DNA from: an uncultured Actinomycetes bacterium
GTDB taxonomy: Bacteria; Actinomycetota; Acidimicrobiia; IMCC26256; DASPTH01
Reading direction: 5' to 3'
NCBI GenBank assembly: GCA_963809795.1
Contig: CAWELN010000011.1
Span: 38,418 to 102,417, forward strand
Length of the DNA stretch: 64,000 bases
Made by a program: the position numbers and the translations under genes. Positions 17,508 to 26,381 of this stretch are shown here, one piece after another. Under the pieces are notes generated by a model that had not been told where the DNA came from, did not search any database, and saw nothing but the letters and a program-made list of their open reading frames with translations. Numbering within the stretch: position 1 is the stretch's first letter; every line of letters begins with the position of its first letter.

Positions 17508-18281
17508 GCCGGCCGACCCTCGAAGTCGCCGATCAGCGACACCAGCGCCCGATCACCGGGATCGGCTCGGGCGAACGCGGCCTGCTTGTGCGCGTAGTAC
17601 TCGGCCCTGCGGTCCCCTTCGGACGCGGCGTTGTAGGTGGGGTAGAGCGCCCGGCGCGGCCGCGACGAGCGATTGGCCGCGCTGCGGTGCGGGGTGCGGC
17701 TGTGGAACCACAGCGTGCTCCCGGCCGGCACCGCCACCGGTAGCCAGTCGAGCGACGCGGCGACGGTGGGCTCGATGCACCCGCGCGCGTCGGTGGGCAA
17801 CACCGCGTCGAAGTGGTCGGACACCACCTCGAGGCCGCCGTTCGTCTCGTCGGCGTCGTCGATCGCGATCAGCGCCGACACGTGCGCGGAGATCATCGGG
17901 TACGCAGGGGCGTCTTGATGCGCCGAGTACCCGGCACCACCGGGCAGCTTGTAGTTGATCTTCTCCTTGTAGAGCACCGCCGGTTCACCGAGCAGCCGGC
18001 CCGCGACGTCGAGGAGGGTTCCGGTGCACAACAGCGTGCGCAACTCGGAGTGCGCGGGGAGGAAGTTCTCGCTGCGGCAGAGCTGCGCCCCGTGGTCGGT
18101 CGCTTCCCGGTGCTGGAGCACGCCGGTCGCGTCGGGCAGCGCGGCGACCTCGTCGGCCCAGCGCGCCAAGGCGCGCGCGTGCGCGTGGTGAGAGCGCGTC
18201 GACCACCACCCACCCGTGATCGGTGAAGTGCGCGGTCGCGGCGTCGAGCTCGGTGCGTGTCACCGAGTTGACAGTAGCCAC
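17504..18281 (-). pseudogene. phytanoyl-CoA dioxygenase (PhyH) family Fe(II)/2OG dioxygenase, interrupted by a 1-nt frameshift at ~18191-18194 (or a sequencing error)
   Basis: The C-terminal 221 codons (17504..18169) carry AHQDAP (HxD) and HSRTPHRS. The expected N-terminus VATVNSVTRTELDAATAHFTDHGWVVVDAL is in another frame starting at GTG 18281 (or 18263). The main frame has a TGA upstream and no start codon before a TTG at 18169. Confidence 0.7.
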
Positions 18282-18300
18282 GGCAACTGTCGCGCTGCGT

Positions 18301-18342
18301 GGGAACCCGGTACGCTCCGCAGCGGCGGGAACCAGCGGTACG
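18301..18342. promoter_or_regulatory. direct repeat GGGAACC(N0/2)CGGTACG x2 in the PhyH / transporter divergent region
   Basis: GGGAACCCGGTACG at 18301-18314 and GGGAACCagCGGTACG at 18327-18342, in the 78-nt gap between divergent starts ~18281 and ~18360. Confidence 0.3.
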
Positions 18343-18359
18343 GTCTGGGGGGAGCGGCG

Positions 18360-20573
18360 TTGACGGAGACGCAGCACGGCGACGCGAGCGCGGCCTCACT
18401 CGCCGCCACCGTGCTCGACGAGGAGGATGCGCGGGAACAGGCGCAGAAGCGCGCGCGGGAGCAGGTCATCTTCCCCGACGACCTGCTGCCCGGCGTCCAC
18501 TCCGAGCCCGTCTCCTTCAAACAGGCGTTCAAGGTCGGCGGCAAGCTCATGTTCGTCGTGCTGCTGCTGCTCTACTCGTTCGACGAGCTCGAGGGCGCGG
18601 CCATCAACGTGCTCGCCCCCGAGATCCGGCGGACGTTCCACATCAGCTCGGGCACGATCGTCTTCATCGCCAGCGCGTCGTCGGCCTTCTTCGTGCTCGG
18701 TGCCGTGCCGATGGGTTGGCTCGCCGACCGGGTGAAGCGGGTACCGATCGTCGGGTGGGCCAGCCTCGCCTTCGGCTTCTTCGTGTTCCTCTCCGGTCTC
18801 GCGGTGAGCGCGTTCATGCTGTTCTGGACGCGCTTCGCCACCGGCATCGCCAAGGCGAACAGCATCCCCGTCCACCAGTCCCTCATCGCCGACAACTACC
18901 CGATCGGGATCCGGGCCCGGATGTCGGCCGCCATCAACATGGGCGGCCACGGCATCGGCCTGGTCAGCCCGGTGCTGTGCGCGGCCATCGCCACGTGGGC
19001 GGGTGGGGTCGAGGGCTGGCGGTGGGCGTGGTTCCTGCTCGGCATCCCGGTGGTGTGCGTCGCCGTCCTCGCGTTCTTCATGAAGGAACCGCCCCGCGGG
19101 CAGTTCGAGAAGCAGGACGTGCTCGGTGAGGTGATCGAGGACGAGCAGCCGGCGCCCATCTCGATGGAGGCCGCCTTCGCCCGCATCAAGCGCATCCGGA
19201 CGATCCGCACCGTCCTCGTCGGTTTCTGTGCCCTGGGGTTCGGCCTGTTCAGCCAGCCCGCGCTCGAATCGCTGTACCTCGACGACAACCTGCACGTGAG
19301 GGGCGTGCTCGAACGCGGGATCATCCTCAGCCTCTCGGGCATCCTCGCCCTGCCGATGCTGCCGTTGGTCGGCCGCTACTTCGACAAGAGGTACCGGGAG
19401 GACCCGGCACGCGCGCTCGCGCTGGTCGGACTGCTGATCCTGCCGTCGGCACTGCTCACCCCGCTGCAATTCAGCGTGCAGAGCTCCACCTGGTTCTGGA
19501 TCTTGAAGATCCCGCAGGCGGTGTTGACCGCGTCCGCGTTCGCGATGGTGGGCCCGGTGCTCCAGGCGGTGGTGCCGTACCGGCTGCGCGGCATGGGCAC
19601 CGCCATGTCGACGCTGTACATCTTCTTCATCGGTGGCTTCATGGGTGGCCTCGTGTCGGGCTTCCTCACCGACGCCATCGGGATCCGGGGCACCGTGATC
19701 TTCCTCGGGGTGCCCAGCGCCATCATCGGCGGGCTGCTGCTGATGAACGGTGCCCGGTACATCCGCAACGACCTCTCGCTCGTGGTCGAGGAGCTGCTCG
19801 AGGAGAAGGACGAGCACGAGAAGCGCTTCGTGCAGAAGACGGCGGTGCCGCTCCTCCAGCTCGCCAACATCGACTTCTCCTACGGACCGGTCCAGGTGCT
19901 CTTCGGGGTCGACTTCGAGGTGCAGAAGGGGGAGACCGTCGCGCTGCTCGGCACCAACGGTGCGGGGAAGTCGACCGCGCTGCGCGTGATCAGCGGCCTC
20001 GCCGTACCCGAGCGCGGTGTGGTCCGCCTCAACGGTCAGAACATCACGTACGTCGCGCCCGAGGGTCGGGCCAAGTACCTGAGCATCATGCAGCTGCCCG
20101 GCGGGCACGGTGTGTTCGGCAACCTCACCGTCGACCAGAACCTGGCGGTGAGCGCTCGGCTCAATGCCGAGAGCCGGAGCCAGGTGCACCAGCGGATGGC
20201 GGCCGTCTACGACCTGTTCCCCGAGCTCGCCGGGAACGGGAAGCAGGTCGCCAGCAGCATGTCGGGCGGGCAGCAGCAGATGCTGGCGCTGGGCCGGGTC
20301 CTGATCCACGAGCCCGAGCTCCTGATGATCGACGAGCTCTCGCTCGGTCTGGCCCCGCTGGTGGTGCAGCGCCTGCTGGAGGTGGTCGAGGAGCTCAAGC
20401 TGCGCGGCCAGACGATGATCATCGTCGAGCAGTCGCTGAACGTCGCGATGGCCCTCGCCGACCGCGCCATCTTCCTGGAGAAGGGCCAGGTGCGGTTCGA
20501 GGGATCGACCGAGGGGCTCCTCGAACGCGGCGACCTCGCCCGGGCGGTGTTCTTCGGGACCGAGGGCGGCTGA
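18360..20573 (+). CDS. fusion protein: 12-TM MFS transporter domain + LivF-like ABC ATPase domain
   Basis: Start uncertain (TTG 18360 after GGGGGGAG; track ORF begins at 18216). MFS motif A GWLADRVKRVPIVG, about 12 hydrophobic helices, acidic linker, then NBD motifs GTNGAGKST, MSGGQQQMLALGR, LLMIDELSLGLAP. Confidence 0.85.
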   Translation: MTETQHGDASAASLAATVLDEEDAREQAQKRAREQVIFPDDLLPGVHSEPVSFKQAFKVGGKLMFVVLLLLYSFDELEGAAINVLAPEIRRTFHISSGTIVFIASASSAFFVLGAVPMGWLADRVKRVPIVGWASLAFGFFVFLSGLAVSAFMLFWTRFATGIAKANSIPVHQSLIADNYPIGIRARMSAAINMGGHGIGLVSPVLCAAIATWAGGVEGWRWAWFLLGIPVVCVAVLAFFMKEPPRGQFEKQDVLGEVIEDEQPAPISMEAAFARIKRIRTIRTVLVGFCALGFGLFSQPALESLYLDDNLHVRGVLERGIILSLSGILALPMLPLVGRYFDKRYREDPARALALVGLLILPSALLTPLQFSVQSSTWFWILKIPQAVLTASAFAMVGPVLQAVVPYRLRGMGTAMSTLYIFFIGGFMGGLVSGFLTDAIGIRGTVIFLGVPSAIIGGLLLMNGARYIRNDLSLVVEELLEEKDEHEKRFVQKTAVPLLQLANIDFSYGPVQVLFGVDFEVQKGETVALLGTNGAGKSTALRVISGLAVPERGVVRLNGQNITYVAPEGRAKYLSIMQLPGGHGVFGNLTVDQNLAVSARLNAESRSQVHQRMAAVYDLFPELAGNGKQVASSMSGGQQQMLALGRVLIHEPELLMIDELSLGLAPLVVQRLLEVVEELKLRGQTMIIVEQSLNVAMALADRAIFLEKGQVRFEGSTEGLLERGDLARAVFFGTEGG

Positions 20574-23426
20574 TGACCCTCGCCACCGTGGTGACGTGGA
20601 ACCTGGTGTTCAAGGGCGTCGTCGGCGGCCTGATCACCGCGCTGGTGGCCATGGGCATCGTCCTCGTGTACCGCTCGTCCCGGGTCATCAACTTCGCGGT
20701 CGGCAGCATCGGCCTCCCGGCCACCGCGCTGTTCGCGGTGATGGTCGGGGTCCACGGCTGGCCGTACTGGCCGTCCCTGTTCGCCGCGTTGGCCGTCGGC
20801 ACGCTCACCGGCGTGCTGGTCGAGCTGGCGGTCATCCGCCGCCTGTTCAAGTCGCCGCGCGTCATCGTGCTGGTCGCCACCATCGGTGTCGCGCAACTGT
20901 GCGAGGCGATCACGCTCTCGCTGCCCGCCTACCGCACCGGCTCCTTGCAGACCCAATTCCCGGTGCCGTTCAGCGGCACGTGGTACCCGGGGCTCGGCAT
21001 CGAGGTCTCCGCCAGCCAGCTCCTCGTACTGATCGTGGTGCCGGTCATCACCGTCGGGCTCTGGTGGCTCCTCGGGCACACCGCGTTCGGCGACGCGGTG
21101 CGCGCGGCCGCGTCGAACTCCGACCTCGCCCGCATGACGGGCATCAACCCCAAGATGGTCTCCACCGGTGTGTGGGCGATCGCCGGCTTCCTGGGCACGG
21201 TCGCGATCCTGCTCACCGCCACCGACCAGACCTCGGCCGATCTCGTGCACATCGGGCCCGACACGCTCCTGCGCGGCATGGCGGCGGCGCTGATCGGGGG
21301 GATGGTGTCGTTCCCCCGCGCCGCGGTCGGTGCCGTGCTGATCGGCATCCTCGACCGGGTGCTCTTCTTCAACTACACCTCGGAGACCGGCCTGGTGCAG
21401 TTCGTGCTGTTCCTCGCGGTGCTGGTGCTGGTGGCACGGGTCAGCCGCAACGAGACCGGCGCGGAAGGCGAGAGCTTCCAGTTCGCGCCGCGGATCGCCG
21501 CGGTGCCGGAGCGGCTGCGCAACATCTGGTGGGTGAAACGGCTCCCCCAACTCGTCGCCGCGCTCACGCTGCTCGTGGCGCTGGTCCTCCCGTTCCTCTC
21601 CGACAAGTCGGAGCGTCACCAGACCTGGGCCACCATCATCGCCTTCGCGCTGTGTGCGATCTCGGTGGTGGTGCTCACCGGCTGGGGTGGTCAGCTCTCA
21701 CTCGGCCAGATGGCGTTCGCCGGTCTGGGCGCGCTCACCGCGGGTGCCCTGATCCGGGGCCTGCAGTTCAACATCGGGTGGCGCGGCACCCGGTTCCTCG
21801 ACGGCGGGCTCCCGAGCATCTCCTTCCCGTGGGCGCTCCTGCTCGGCGCGGCCTTCGCCAGTCTCGTCGCGGTGATCGTCGGCATCGGGGCCTTGCGCGT
21901 CCGCGGGCTGTTGCTCGCGATCAGCACGCTGGCGTTCGCGATCGCGGCGCAGGCCTACATCTTCAGCCGTCCCATCTTCACCGCCGGCAGCACCACGATC
22001 GAGATCCCACGCACGGACCTCGGTCCGCTCGAGCTCACCCACCGCAACCGCGCGTACTACTACTTCGTCTTGTTCGTGCTCGTCCTCGTCTTGGTGCTCG
22101 TCTCGCACCTGAAGCGCACCGGCATCGGTCGCATGATCGTCGGAGTGCGCGAGAACGAGCTCGCCACCTCCGCCATGACGGTGTCGCCGGCGCGGGCGAA
22201 GCTGCTCGCGTTCGCGATGGGCGGGTTCATCGCCGGCCTGGGCGGGGTGCTCCTGGGCGCGGTGAACCTCACGTTCGCGCCGGCCGAGCAGCACTTCTTC
22301 CTGGTCGACGACTCGTTGCGGCTGGTTGCCATCGTCGTGATCGGCGGCCTCGGCAGCCTCGCGGGCGCGGTCGCGGGCGCGGTGTGGGTGATCGGGCTGC
22401 CCGCGTTCTGGCCCGAGCAACACGCTGGTGCCGCTGTTCACGTCGAGCATCGGCCTGCTCATCATCCTGCTCTACATTCCCGGCGGGTTCGTGCAGATCG
22501 GGTACTACGTGCGCGACTCGCTGCTCCGGTGGGTCGACAAACGCCTGGGACCGGTCGACACCACCAAGACGGTCACCGCGCCGCCGGCGTCGCTCCACCG
22601 CGACCTCGCGCTGGAACCGGCGTCGCTCAACGGCGACGGGTCGGTGCTCGCCACCGAGCACCTGACGGTCCAGTTCGGCGGTCTCACCGCGGTCGACGGC
22701 GTCGAGTTCCGGGCCATGCCCGGCGAGGTGATCGGCCTCATCGGCAACAACGGCGCCGGGAAGTCGACGCTGCTGAACGCGATCGGGGGCTACGTGCCGG
22801 CCAAGGGCACCGTGCAGCTCCTGGGCCACGACGTGAGCAGCAAGAAGGCGTACCAGCGTGCCCGCCGCGGGCTCGGCCGAACGTTCCAGTCGGCGCGCCT
22901 CTATCCCGAGCTCACCGTGCGCGACACCGTGCAGCTCGCGCTCGAGGCCCGCCAGTCGACGTCGTTCTGGGGCTCCCTGTTGTGGGTGCCGTCGATCCGG
23001 CCCGAGCGCAAGAAGTACGCGGAGGCGAGCGAGCTCATCGACTTCCTCGGACTCGGTCGCTATGCCGACCGGTACGTCGCCGAGCTCTCGACCGGGACGC
23101 GCCGCATCGTGGAGCTGGCGACGGTCCTCGCGGTCGCGCCGCGCGTCATCTGCCTCGACGAGCCCACGGCGGGGGTGGCCCAGCGTGAGGCCGAGGCGTT
23201 CGGGCCGCTGATCCTGCGGGTGCAGCAGGAGCTCGACGCCACCCTCGTCGTCGTCGAGCACGACCTGCCGCTGATCCTCTCGGTCAGCAGTCGGATCTAC
23301 TGCCTGGAAGCAGGGCGGGTGATCGCGGAGGGCCTCCCGGCCGCGATCCGCGAGGACCCGCGCGTCATCTCGTCGTACCTGGGCACCGACGAGCGCGCCA
23401 TCCAACGGAGCAACGCGCCCGGGTAG
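20573..23426 (+). pseudogene. fused LivH-LivM permease + LivG-like ATPase of a branched-chain-amino-acid-type ABC importer, split by a 1-nt frameshift at ~22416-22421 (or a sequencing error)
   Basis: ATG 20573 overlaps the previous stop (TGATG). Frame A (20573 to ~22418) encodes the LivH then LivM domains and then decays into Arg/Pro/His-rich nonsense. Frame B (track ORF 22428..23426) starts inside the last LivM helix (PLFTSSIGLLIILLYIPGGF) and continues into an NBD (GNNGAGKST, LSTGTRRIVELA, VICLDEPTAGV). Deleting one base in GAGcAACACG gives a continuous ...GLPAFWPENTLVPLFTSS... Confidence 0.8.
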
Positions 23427-23433
23427 GCCTTCG

Positions 23434-24799
23434 TCAACCTGCCTTGGCGCACTTGCCGTTGCTGGCGTCCTTGATCGGGGTCAGCTTCTTCCAGTCACCG
23501 GTCGTGCCGAGGCTCGAGTCGTAGGACACGAGGCGGAAGCTGTCCTCGGCCGCGTACTTGCCCTTGCACAGCGAGGCGAACTTGTCGGGCACGAGTGCGA
23601 TCGGCCCGAAGGTGTCGACCGTCTTCTGCCAGTTCGCCACCGTGAGGTCGGGGCCCACCTTCTTGGCGATGTCCCGGAACATGAACAGCTCCCCGCAGAA
23701 GTCGGTCACGGCCTGGTCGGTGTAGACGGACTTCCCGTTGCTGTCGACCTTCCGCTGGTCCGGACCAGGCACGGTCGTGCCCGTCGCCTTCTGGTAGATG
23801 TCGACGCACTGCTGCAGCAGCGGGCCCTTGTTGGCCCAGCGCTCGGTCGGCGTGAGGCCGGTACCGCTCAGCAATCCCTCGTACGGGTTGGGCTTCTTCC
23901 CCGCCTTCTGCTCGTCCTGGGCCTGTCCGAGCGTGGTGTCGGCGTCGGTCACCAACTGCACCTTGGGCATCGACGCCTTGATGGTCTCGGCGAACTGCTT
24001 CGCCGACGCGTCGTTCCCGGACATGAGCACCATGTTGACGCCCTCGGTCTTCCACTTCTCGATGAAGCTGTCGAGCTGGGCCTGGGCCGCGGTGGTGTCG
24101 GTGCCGGTGATGGTGAGGATGGCGGTCGACCCCGTCTTCGCCTTCACCTTCTTCAGTGCAGGCACGGTGACCTTGTTCACGCTCTCGGCATTGTTCTTGT
24201 CGCCGAGGACGGCCGACCGTCTTGCCCTTGAGCCGGCCGGTCGACGAGAGCAGGTTCACCAGCTCCTCCGAGACGCCCTGCTTGGTGGCGTCGGGGGTGA
24301 GCAGGAGCCCGCCGGGCGCGGCATCGATCCACGGCTGGTCCAGCTCGTGACCGATGTGGATGACCTTGTGCTCCTTGGCGAGGCACAGCTGGCCCTGGCC
24401 GCTGAAGTCGATGAACACGCCGAGCACCGCGAAGACCTTGTCATCCTCGGCCCAGGCCGTGCACAGCGAGAGCGGGTCGGGCGTGCCCCCCGGGATCGGC
24501 GGGTACTTCTTGTACACCGGGATGATCTTCCGGCCGTCGATCCCGCCGTTGTTGTTGATGTAGTCGACGAAGGTCTGCGCGACCTTCTGCGTGTCGCCGA
24601 AGGTGTAGTCGACGAAGTCCTTGATCGCGGTGAAGTCGATGAGGGCGATCCCGACCTTGATCGAGTCCTTGGTGACGCCCTGGGTGCCGCCGCTGCTGGC
24701 GGCGCGGTTCGTCGCCCCCAGCGTGAGCGCGGCGAGCAGGAGTACGACGATGCAGACTGACAGCGTCGCGTGGCGACGCGGGGTTCGCGCGAGTGCCAT
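23434..24799 (-). pseudogene. LivJ-type ABC substrate-binding protein, copy 1, interrupted by a 1-nt insertion at 24213-24214 (or a sequencing error)
   Basis: The N-terminal part from ATG 24799 (MALARTPRRHATLSVCIVVLLLAALTLGA...GRLKGKTV) and the C-terminal part (track ORF 23434..24180) are in different frames. Removing one G from minus-strand ACGGTCGGCCGTC restores KTVAVLGDKNNAESVNKVTVPALKK, colinear with copy 2. Confidence 0.8.
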
Positions 24800-24893
24800 G
24801 GTCCCCCCCGGTTCCTCGGCTGGGTGGACCATACAACGATCGCGACCGCGCCGCCGGTCACCGCCCTCGTGCGGAGCCTGCCGGTTCGCCCGG

Positions 24894-26282
24894 CTAGGTC
24901 CCCGACCCCGCCGCCTTGGCGCACTTGCCGTTGCTGGCGTCCTTGATCGCGGTGACCTTCTTCCAGTCGCCACCGTCGCCCAGGGCGGAGTCGAACGAGA
25001 CCAGCCGGAACCCGTCGTTGGCGGCGTACTTGCCCTTGCACAGCGACGAGATCTGGTTGGGCACCAGCTGGATCGGGCCGAAGGAGTCGACCGTCTTCCG
25101 CCAGGTCTTGGGCGTCAGGTTCGGTCCCACCTTCCGGGCGATGTCGCGGAACATGAAGAGCTCGCCGCAGACGTCGGTGACCGCCACGTCGAGCTGCACC
25201 TTCTTGCCGCTGCTGTCGACCTTCTCCGAGTCGGGGGCGGGGATGGTCTCGCCGGTCGCCTTCTGGTAGATGTCGACGCACTGCTGGAGCAGCGGGTTCT
25301 TGTTGGCCCACCGCTCCGACTGCGTGAGGCCCGTCGCGGTGAGGATCCCTTCGTACGGGTTCGGCTTCGTGCCCGCGGCGGTCTCGTCGCGGCCCTGCGC
25401 GATGGTGGTGTCGGTGTCGGTGACGAGCTGCACCTTCGGCAACGAGTGCTTGATCGTCTCCACGAATTGCTTGGCGGAGACGTCGTTCCCGGCGAGGAAC
25501 ACGGTGTTGACGCCCTCGCTCTTCCACTTCTCGATGAAGCTGTCGAGCTGTGACTGCGCGGCAGTGGTGTCGGTGCCGGTGATGGTCACGATCGCGGTGG
25601 ATCCGGCCTTCGCGCCGGCCTTCTTGACCGCGGGGACCACGATGTCGTTCACCCGGCTCTCGCTGTTCTTGTCGCCCATGACCGCGACCGTCTTGCCCTT
25701 GAGCTTCCCGGTCTGGGCGAGGAGGTTGACGACGACGGCCGCCGCCTGCTCCTTGGTCTCGTCGGGCGTGAGCAGCAGGCCGCCCTTGGCCTCGTCGATC
25801 CACGGCTGGTCGAGCTCGTATCCGATGTGGACGACGTCGTGCTCCTTGGTGAGGCACAGCTGGCCCTGGCCGGTGAAGTCGATGAACACCCCGAGGACCG
25901 CGAACACGTCGTCGTCCTCGGCCCATGAGGTGCACAGGGAGAGCGGGTTGGGCTGGCCGCCCGGGATCGGCGGATACTCCTTGATGTCGGGCACGATCTT
26001 GCGCCCGTCGATGCCGCCGTTCTTGTTGAGGTAGTCGACGAACGTGTTGATGACCTTCTTCTCGTCGCCGAGGTTGTAGTCGACGAAGTCCTTGATGGCG
26101 TCGTAGTCGACGACCGCGAACCCGATCTTGACGGAGTCGGCGGTGACGCCGTGTCCCAGGTCCTGGTTGCCGGCCGCGCCGGGCGTGCTCGTCGTGGCGC
26201 CCAGGGTGAGAGCGGCGACGAGCAGCGTCACCGCGCAGACCACCCAGGTCGAACGTCGGCGGAGAGGAGTACTGAACGACAC
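24894..26282 (-). CDS. LivJ-type (type I periplasmic binding fold) ABC substrate-binding protein, copy 2, intact
   Basis: 462 aa from GTG 26282. Signal peptide RRRSTWVVCAVTLLVAALTLGA. Colinear paralog of 23434..24799. Sequence resembles Leu/Ile/Val-binding-protein-type receptors. Confidence 0.85.
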   Translation of the reverse strand: MSFSTPLRRRSTWVVCAVTLLVAALTLGATTSTPGAAGNQDLGHGVTADSVKIGFAVVDYDAIKDFVDYNLGDEKKVINTFVDYLNKNGGIDGRKIVPDIKEYPPIPGGQPNPLSLCTSWAEDDDVFAVLGVFIDFTGQGQLCLTKEHDVVHIGYELDQPWIDEAKGGLLLTPDETKEQAAAVVVNLLAQTGKLKGKTVAVMGDKNSESRVNDIVVPAVKKAGAKAGSTAIVTITGTDTTAAQSQLDSFIEKWKSEGVNTVFLAGNDVSAKQFVETIKHSLPKVQLVTDTDTTIAQGRDETAAGTKPNPYEGILTATGLTQSERWANKNPLLQQCVDIYQKATGETIPAPDSEKVDSSGKKVQLDVAVTDVCGELFMFRDIARKVGPNLTPKTWRKTVDSFGPIQLVPNQISSLCKGKYAANDGFRLVSFDSALGDGGDWKKVTAIKDASNGKCAKAAGSGT

Positions 26283-26381
26283 GTGCGATGCCCCCGGTCA
26301 GTCGGTCGCGGGAAGAGTATGGCGGTGGCGTGCGCCTGTCCCGTCATCTCGGCGTACGGTGGGCGCGGGGGAGGGCGCCGG

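Larger units (their letters stand above)
23434..26282 (-). repeat. tandem gene duplication (two ~1.4-kb paralogous SBP genes)
   Basis: The proteins are colinear throughout. An identical 37-nt DNA stretch gccttggcgcacttgccgttgctggcgtccttgatcg occurs at 23441-23477 and 24913-24949. Confidence 0.8.

Noticed and set aside
18301-18342. PHO box (PhoP binding site) interpretation of the GGGAACC...CGGTACG repeats, which would have supported the phosphonate hypothesis
   Set aside because: The reverse complement (GGTTCCC...) only loosely resembles the actinobacterial GTTCA-type direct repeat unit as I remember it. The 26-nt spacing does not fit the 11-nt periodicity. I keep it only as an unassigned direct repeat.
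18396-21619. 637-aa and 470-aa minus-strand ORFs (18396..20309 and 20207..21619)
   Set aside because: They are antisense shadows of the MFS-LivF and LivH-LivM genes. They are highly charged and low-complexity (runs of R, D, E, H, G), unlike the membrane/NBD proteins on the plus strand.
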